Below, one piece after another: positions 56,572 to 64,000 of a stretch of DNA of 64,000 nucleotides. The translations under genes were made by a program, and so were the position numbers. The stretch is from Veleropilina oligotropha. Its lineage: Eukaryota. The stretch spans positions 1 to 64,000 of the forward strand of contig JBEUKZ010000081.1 of NCBI GenBank assembly GCA_048128005.1, written 5' to 3'. The notes beneath the pieces are model-generated. The model was given only the letters and a program-made list of their open reading frames with translations, was not told the DNA's origin and did not search any database. The number at the start of each line of letters is the position of its first letter. Positions within the stretch are counted from its first letter, which is position 1.

Positions 56572-59400
56572 TTGGCTCGCATGCAACGCAGATGCGAGCC
56601 TATGTAATGATGATGTACGTCCGTCCGTCCGTCCGTCCGGCCGTCCGTCCGTCCGGCCGTCTGTCCGGCCGTCCGCAGTGAATGTTAAAGTTTTTCAATC
56701 ATGCTATATAGGCAACCCTGTGCTCTCTTTATCATAATATTATTGTAGATATGTCTATTCCCATATTGCACAACACTACACTAGTAATATTGAATGTAAT
56801 TTAAATAAAATTTTGCTTCAAAATGCTGCTTTTGGACTTAGAAATTTTGAATGTTAAAGTTTTTCAATAATGCTATATAGGCAAACATGTGCACTCTTTA
56901 TCATCGTTTTATATGACATATGGCTACTCCAATGTTGCATGACATTATAACAGTAACATGGAATGTTATTTAAATCAAATTTTACCTCCAAGTGCTACTT
57001 CTGGACTTAGAAATATTTTGTTAAAGTTTTTGGTTCAAGTTTTTCAACGATGCTATAATATCTGACATTGAAACTTTTTAGCATCTTTGAACATTAGATA
57101 TGTTTATTTCAATATCCTATGGCACCAGACAGTATTATTTAAGGTAAATTAAATTTATTTTATCACAAAAAAGGAAGTTGTGGGATTTTAACTTGGAAAC
57201 TTTTATAAAGTTAGATGTTGAAGTTTTTTTCTCAAGGTTACATGTACAATCTCTTGCATGCTTTCAATTTTTTGCTCGTGTAATGATGATGTACGTCTGC
57301 CCGGTCGTCTGTCCGTCCGTCCGCAGTGAATGTTAAAGTTTTTCAATGATGCTATATAAGCAACCCTGTGCTCTCTTTATCATACTTTTATTGTAGATAT
57401 GTCTATTTCCATGTTGCATAACACTACACTAGTAATATTGAATGTAATTTAAATACAATTTTAATTCAAAATGCTGCTTTTGAACTCAGAAATTTTGAAT
57501 GTTAAAGTTTTTCAATAATGCTATATAGGCAAACGTGCACTCTTTAGCATAGTTGTATTGACATATGTCTACTGCAATGTTGTACGACGCTATGACAGTA
57601 ATATGGAATGTAATTTAAATCGAATTTTACTTCAAAGTGCTACATCTGGACATCGAAATTATTTTGTTAAAATTTTTGTTCAAGTTTTTCATTGATGCTA
57701 TAATGTCTGACATTGAAACTTTTTAGCATCGTTGAACATTAGATATGTATATTTCAATATCCCATAACACCAGAGCAGTATTATTTAAGGTAAGTTAAAT
57801 CTATTTTATCACAAAAAAGAATTTATATGAGGTTTTAACTTGGGAAATTTTATAAAGGTAAATGTTGAAGTTTTTTTCACAAGGTTACAATCTCTTGCAT
57901 GCTTTCCATTTTTGAAGTTTTATTGCATCGCATGCAACACATATGCTAGCCTATTTAATGATGATGTCCGTCTGGTTGTCTGTCCGCCGCCTGCAGTAAA
58001 TGTTAAAGTTTTTCAATCATGATCTATAGGCAACCATGTGCACTCTTTTCCACCTTTTTATTTTAGATAATTATTTTCCAATATTGCACGACATTATAAA
58101 ACTAAAATTGAATATTATTTATATCAAATTTTACTTAAAAATGCTACTTTTGGACTTATAAATATTTGTTAAAGTTTTTGGTTAAAGTTTATCAATTTTG
58201 CTATAACTGCCATTGGAACTTTCAAGCATCTTTGAATATTAGATATGTTTATTTCAATGTTCCATGGCACCAGAGCAGAATCATTGAAGGTAAATTAATT
58301 CTTATTTGACACAAAAAAATGAAATTATATTTAATAATTATGAGATTTAACTTAGGAAATTTGTTAAAGTTAAATGTTGAAATTTTTCTCAATGTTATAA
58401 TCTGATCTATGCTTTGAAGTTTCTATTATGGAGTTTGATTGAACAACATGGTTTGATGTATATAATTAAAAGATGTAACATACAATTAAGGTAAAATTGA
58501 TTTTTGTCCCCGCCCGAAGGGTAGCTGGGGATATTGTTGTTGCCATGGCCGTCCGTCCGAACGTCCGGAAACAATTTTGGTTAAAGTTTTGGCTTGCCCA
58601 TGATACTTTTTGGCATACATATGCTTTTTTAGGCATTATATGGATAACACCTGGTACTCTGGAAGTGAGATTGAATAAAATTTAATATAATTATTGCGTA
58701 AATGTAGGTATTTTTGAACATAGAAATTTTGGTTAAAGTTTCTGGTTAAAGTTTTCATTGAGTGTATATGGGTTGTTGAAACAACATTTTGGTGTATATA
58801 TGCTTTGGTATTGATAATATGAATGTCAACTGATACTATGGAATTGATGCTGTATTAAATTTAATATAATTATTGCATAAAAATAGGTGTTTGTGGACAT
58901 AGAAATTTTGGTTAAAGTTTGTTGAAATTTTTCAATGGGCATATGGGTTGTTCTAGGCACTGTTTTACATCCATATACTTTAGTGTTGACTATATTGATG
59001 CTGCTGTCTCATCTGCAAGTGATTTATAATATAAATAACATGTGAAATTAGTGTTTGTGGGCATAGAAATTATTGTTATGCATTGATTTATAGTAATATG
59101 ACTCTGTTATAATAGTGACTAATGCTACTCCGTAATAATGAATTTTTGTAATTACTCGATTCCAAAAGCGTCATTCTTCAACTTTAATGTTTGAATTGTG
59201 TCGGTGAAATCACACAAATAATTATTACAATTCAAAATATATTGCTTTCTTCATGGTTAATCCTAGAATATTATGGTCCTAGAATATTATATATTACTAT
59301 GATTGCTTCTAAGAACTCCAGACGTTTTAATTAATGTATGGCTACTATAGAATTGGGCAATATGTCATGCGAGCCATATCACGGCTTCGACGTTCTAGTT
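56572..59400 (+). mobile_element. Helentron-associated non-autonomous element (HINE/DINE-1-like)
   Basis: 5' subTIR GGCTCGCATG with adjacent inverted repeat, (GTCC)n microsatellite, three ~680-bp internal units, 3' subTIR CATGCGAGCC at 59366, short hairpin and CTAGTT end; inserted in a T-run (empty at about 30933). Confidence 0.85.
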
Positions 59401-62169
59401 AATGGAAGCCATGCTGTATTCTCTGCAAAAGAACCACACTTTTGGATTATATGTCCCGTGAATTATCTTTGGCTTTCTATAGGACAATGGCCAAACGGTT
59501 GGGCCGATATCGTCCAGAAATAGAGACTATCCGTATTTCTGAACGACATCGTGCAAGTCAAAAAGTTGTGTCTTGCGGGCTGTTTAGACGGGCAGATTCG
59601 CACCTCAACTTGTCTGCCAACTAGTTGGAAGATTAGTTGGACGACAAATTGGCTCGTGTAAAACCAGCTTTAGAGGGAAGGGCACAATATATGGTCACAC
59701 TAGGAGTGTCCTTAAGCTCATTCGTTTATCGAAGCTTACAAACAAATTACTTACAAAATGCTTACAACCAAACAGTGGTAGCCAAGTTGACGACCAAGTA
59801 CATTTCCGCATTAATCATGCTTATTATAATTTGTTTGCCGTCCGTAATAGTTCTTCGAATGTTCACTAGACTTCAAAATAATTTTTTATTGTGTTTGAAT
59901 TACAGTCAATGATAGTTCGGCAGCTTCCCTTGCCATGAGAACCACCAAAGGGTCGCATTACGGCTTCGCACGATTGCTATTTTTACACGTATTTTAGCAA
60001 CTGCGACTGCGTAATAATGATACAATATCCACGGAGAGATTAATAAATTTCCAAACAGTAAACCTTGCGATTTTATATGACCTAGGAAAATTTGCGCGTA
60101 TTATGATGGTCGTTAAACCGATACTTTATACACGACACTGCACAGAAACAGAAGGATGGAAAGTTAACGCCGCGCATGTTTTTCGCCTACGTATAAGTTA
60201 GATGGCAGATTGTAGGGTCTTATAAAAAAAGGTGTGTCCGTAGGACGAGCCTACTTTTTAATAAGGGTCTACAATCTGCCGTCTAACCGACTTAGAGGCT
60301 CCGTTTCATTTATCCACACAAATTAATTCTTATTTTCAAATTTGACAAACTGTTAAATTTATCGAAACAATATTCATTACTAAATAATTTGCTTTTTTAA
60401 AATTATCTTAAGAAAATGAATATGAAGATTATTACCTGTCACCCCTATTCCGAATAATAGGCAACGTATCGCGAATAAAAAACCTGACAGAGTGCCGTCT
60501 TCAGCAATAAGTGACGAAAAATACTGCTTTCTCATTGGACGAAAAATGAAAGGGCTTCTAAATTATATATTGCATGAATTGGTTGGTTGTTGGTTGGCAA
60601 CTTCATTTTACGACCCTGCATTTCACTACTTCGTAACTAAGTAGTATTTAAGATTCGACATGTGAACTATGCCATCAATGCACCAATTCCGAAAAAGAAA
60701 TATCGTGGTATATTAACTTTATTGCACTGATAACATGACGTAAGCATTTTCAACATCTAGTTTTACGTAAACTGCATAGAACTATTTATTCTAGATTGTT
60801 CTTTTGTGACGACGAATGATAATTAATTATGTTGAATGTGACCAGAATTATTCATTGCAATTATTACGCCAACAAGATATAATGTTACTTGGCATAGTCT
60901 AGATGCAAAGTTAGATACAAAACTATTTCACCTGAATCTGTTCAACTGTCAGCTACCAGAAAGCACAAAGGTAAGTAGACGTTCGATATTGACCAATTTG
61001 GTACCTGCATCACAATATGATGATGATAAATAAGGTCAAAACAAAGAAAATGATCAGTAAAATGTATACATAGCTATTGTAGTACTCCATAAAATACCGA
61101 TCAAGACATAAAAATGACACCAACATATGTCAATTACGGATCTTTTTAATTTGTAATTGATTGTTGATGAGAGATCTAGTGGTTTCATTCCAATCTATAG
61201 TGTAGGAGTCATTGAAGAAGACCGAAGACGATGGCACAAATCAGAATGAAGTTTCATTCGATGAGCTACTTTGGTAGGTCGCTGCTTATTAACAAACAGA
61301 CAACAAAAATATGTACAATCCTCGAAGATGAGCATCAATAGCGTTATCCGGCGAATGATTCCCTGTTCATTTGATTATTTCCTAGTCGCCATTTTGGGTA
61401 ATCGTGTGATGACGTGGTCGAAAAGATTGATTTGATAATCTCGCCGTAAACGGCAAAAGTTGCTCGTTCACCGCACAAGGGCAACTTTTGTCTTCAACAG
61501 TAAACATCCTGAATATTATTTTTTTATCGACAGTCTTCATCACCAGATCGTTGCCCATTGGCGATGTTTATGCTTTCGACCAACATTGCTCGTCGCAAGC
61601 AACAAACTAAAAGTTGTCCGTGTGTGTTGGCCTTTATTCCGCATATTTATTATATTGCGATTTATCTTACAAAAGAAATATTGTTTTTACCTTATGAGAC
61701 TTTCGTCTGCTCTGAACGACAGTCTTCGTCACCAGATCTTTGCATATTTTTATTATATTGATATTTATCTTATACAAGCCATATTGTTTTTAGCTTGTGA
61801 AACTTTCGTCTGCTCTGAACAGCAGACTTCATCAGACTGACATTCGATCTCGACCGCTAGGTAAGAGCACGGTCGGGTACCCTGTCGTATAGGTGTGAGA
61901 TCTCGAGCACGTAATCTAGGCTGAGTTGTGATGTCTTTCGCGTGAATAGTCGAGATCTCACACATATAATCTTCAACACAGATGAAGATAAAATATCCGT
62001 GTTCTTGTGACTATCCTTCGTGCGTTGCTTTGTTTAGATTGGAGTATAGTGGTGTCATTATTTGAGATACCAGATAGTAGAGAACTACAATCGTCCAGTC
62101 ATAATATAATGCGTATACAAATAGTATACATTCATGCTCATAATTTGCAATTACACTTTACATTTGCAG

Positions 62170-63810
62170 ATGTCGAATTCTTCTTATCGGTGTAATCCAC
62201 GGTCGATACCGTATATTTATGACACTTTTCCAGCGTTAATGGCAAAGTGGGCTAAAAATCAGGGAGAAAAGGAGGCCGTTGTTATATATTATCCAGATAA
62301 CAGTAGACACCGTATTACTTTTAATGAAATTTATGAAAAGGCTGGGAAAGTGGCCGCGTATTTAATACACCACGGAATAAAAGAGAATGACGTCGTAACT
62401 ATTGCGATCCCCAATCGAATATCTTGGATTGTGTGCGCGCTTGGAACTTTGATGGCGAGAGCTGTTGTCGTATCAACAGACATGGCGGATCTTGTTCACT
62501 GTGCTAACGAAACCAAATCCAGAATTATCTTTATGTATGCGGGAAGTGAGGAAACCGAAATGGCAAATGTCGACGATGTCATAAACCATTCACTAAATGA
62601 AATGCCTTCGGTTGAGTTAGTGGTCCTGACTGAATCTATACAACCTGGTATAATGGAAAGCCATCCTATGCTGGAATTGTTAGAAACAGTAACCGATAGC
62701 GATCATATGCACGTTCCACTGCCGACGACGGATCCTGATGATATAGCTTTCCTTTTTCGCACAAGTGGTAGCTCCGGCTCACCAAAACTTATTGCTTGTA
62801 GCTACTTTCATTGTATGAATCTGTTAGGAAATGGATCTTGGGAAGGTGCGGTATATTTCAACGACAGACCATTCGCCTGGGTGGCTGGAGTGCCGTTTGC
62901 AACTTTTATATATGGAGCCACAGCAGTTTCCATGGATACGAAAGATACAATATCTAATAAGGATATTACAAATTTGTGCGAAATAATAAGCAAGGAAGAA
63001 TGTACTGGAGCACTTTTAATGAGTTACATTCTACGCGATTTGAATGATGCTCCCGACGACATTATTTGCAAAATGAAGTTGAAAACGGTTCTACTAATTG
63101 GTCAACGCATAACTACTAAGGATATTCAGGTCATTGAAAGACTGAATTGCCAAGCACTCATCCTTTATGGATCAACGGAAATAGGCGTGACGACTGGTAT
63201 GATACTACCAACGCCTGATGGTAAATACAAATATACAGATGGACTATGTGGCGATACTCTACCCGGAGTTGAGTCGAAGATTGCATCCGATGGCTGTGTG
63301 TTGCCAGACGGTGTCATTGGCGATGTCTTTCAACGGCGAAGCATGATAAACAAACGTCATTTCGTAAATGGAAAATATATAGATTTTCCTTTGGATAAAG
63401 GCTGGATGAAAACTGGAGACTTAGGATATATGTCAGAAGACGGATTGGTAATCGTAGGACGATCAATGGAGGCAATAAAGCGTGGAGCAAGGCTGATATA
63501 TCCCCTCGAGGTTGAAAAGGAAATTCTACGTTGCCCGGATGTCGCAAAGGTAGCGGCAATTGATGTACCAGATGATCGGCTATATAACGAAATATGTGCT
63601 TGCGTCGTGCTCCAAGAACATGTCGAACTTACCCACCAGCAATTGAAAGACAAACTAGGTGCATTGTTTAGTAATGCAGCCTTCGATGGCATTGGTATAA
63701 AACCGAAGTATTACTTTGCGTTTGATGATCTGCCTGTGAATACAAATGGTAAACTAGACCGAAAAAGGCTGCGATCATTGGCTTGCTCCATGATTGAAAA
63801 GAGTTTATAA
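62170..63810 (+). CDS. Acyl-CoA synthetase (ANL superfamily), copy 4
   Basis: Intact; predicted intron 60971-62169. Confidence 0.9.
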   Translation: MSNSSYRCNPRSIPYIYDTFPALMAKWAKNQGEKEAVVIYYPDNSRHRITFNEIYEKAGKVAAYLIHHGIKENDVVTIAIPNRISWIVCALGTLMARAVVVSTDMADLVHCANETKSRIIFMYAGSEETEMANVDDVINHSLNEMPSVELVVLTESIQPGIMESHPMLELLETVTDSDHMHVPLPTTDPDDIAFLFRTSGSSGSPKLIACSYFHCMNLLGNGSWEGAVYFNDRPFAWVAGVPFATFIYGATAVSMDTKDTISNKDITNLCEIISKEECTGALLMSYILRDLNDAPDDIICKMKLKTVLLIGQRITTKDIQVIERLNCQALILYGSTEIGVTTGMILPTPDGKYKYTDGLCGDTLPGVESKIASDGCVLPDGVIGDVFQRRSMINKRHFVNGKYIDFPLDKGWMKTGDLGYMSEDGLVIVGRSMEAIKRGARLIYPLEVEKEILRCPDVAKVAAIDVPDDRLYNEICACVVLQEHVELTHQQLKDKLGALFSNAAFDGIGIKPKYYFAFDDLPVNTNGKLDRKRLRSLACSMIEKSL

Positions 63811-64000
63811 ATAATTAATAGACATTAATTAATAAATTATATTTGGATCGGAGTTTCTATAGTAATCGGAGGACGAATAATTAAACATTTATCCTGGATG
63901 TTAATTTAGTAATAAGCGAATAAACGCATATGTAAATCACTATTACCTCTTCGTGGTAGAAATCGTCACCACAATGGCGGCATGGCGATGAATGACATTG

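Larger units (their letters stand above)
51277..59669 (+). mobile_element. Harbinger-type MITE M3 expanded to 8.4 kb by nested insertions
   Basis: Same TIRs as M2; MITE interior at 51277-51933, 56385-56570 and 59401-59669. Confidence 0.8.

Overview
AT-rich animal (probably marine invertebrate; inferred from the repeat families) genomic DNA with three layers. (1) 1-~6717: the GC-richer right-hand end of an endogenous Polinton/Maverick-like virus. It holds a major capsid gene running off the left edge (missing from the ORF track), a penton-like gene, three membrane-associated proteins and a secreted Cys-rich protein. One membrane protein carries PSAP and LYPxL ESCRT late-domain motifs, and a -1 frameshift would add a C-terminal PPPY. 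(2) Four near-identical ANL-superfamily acyl-CoA synthetase genes with uninterrupted coding regions, arranged +,+,-,+. Both orientation switches fall on copies of the same Harbinger-type MITE. (3) Many, often nested, transposons: two LINEs, an 11-kb Helitron2/Helentron-like element (OTU-Rep-Pif1 gene plus an SGNH-like gene and hairpin arrays), an apparently intact Harbinger, a HINE, a Ginger-like element and several MITEs. All family calls come from motif reading by eye; no searches were run.
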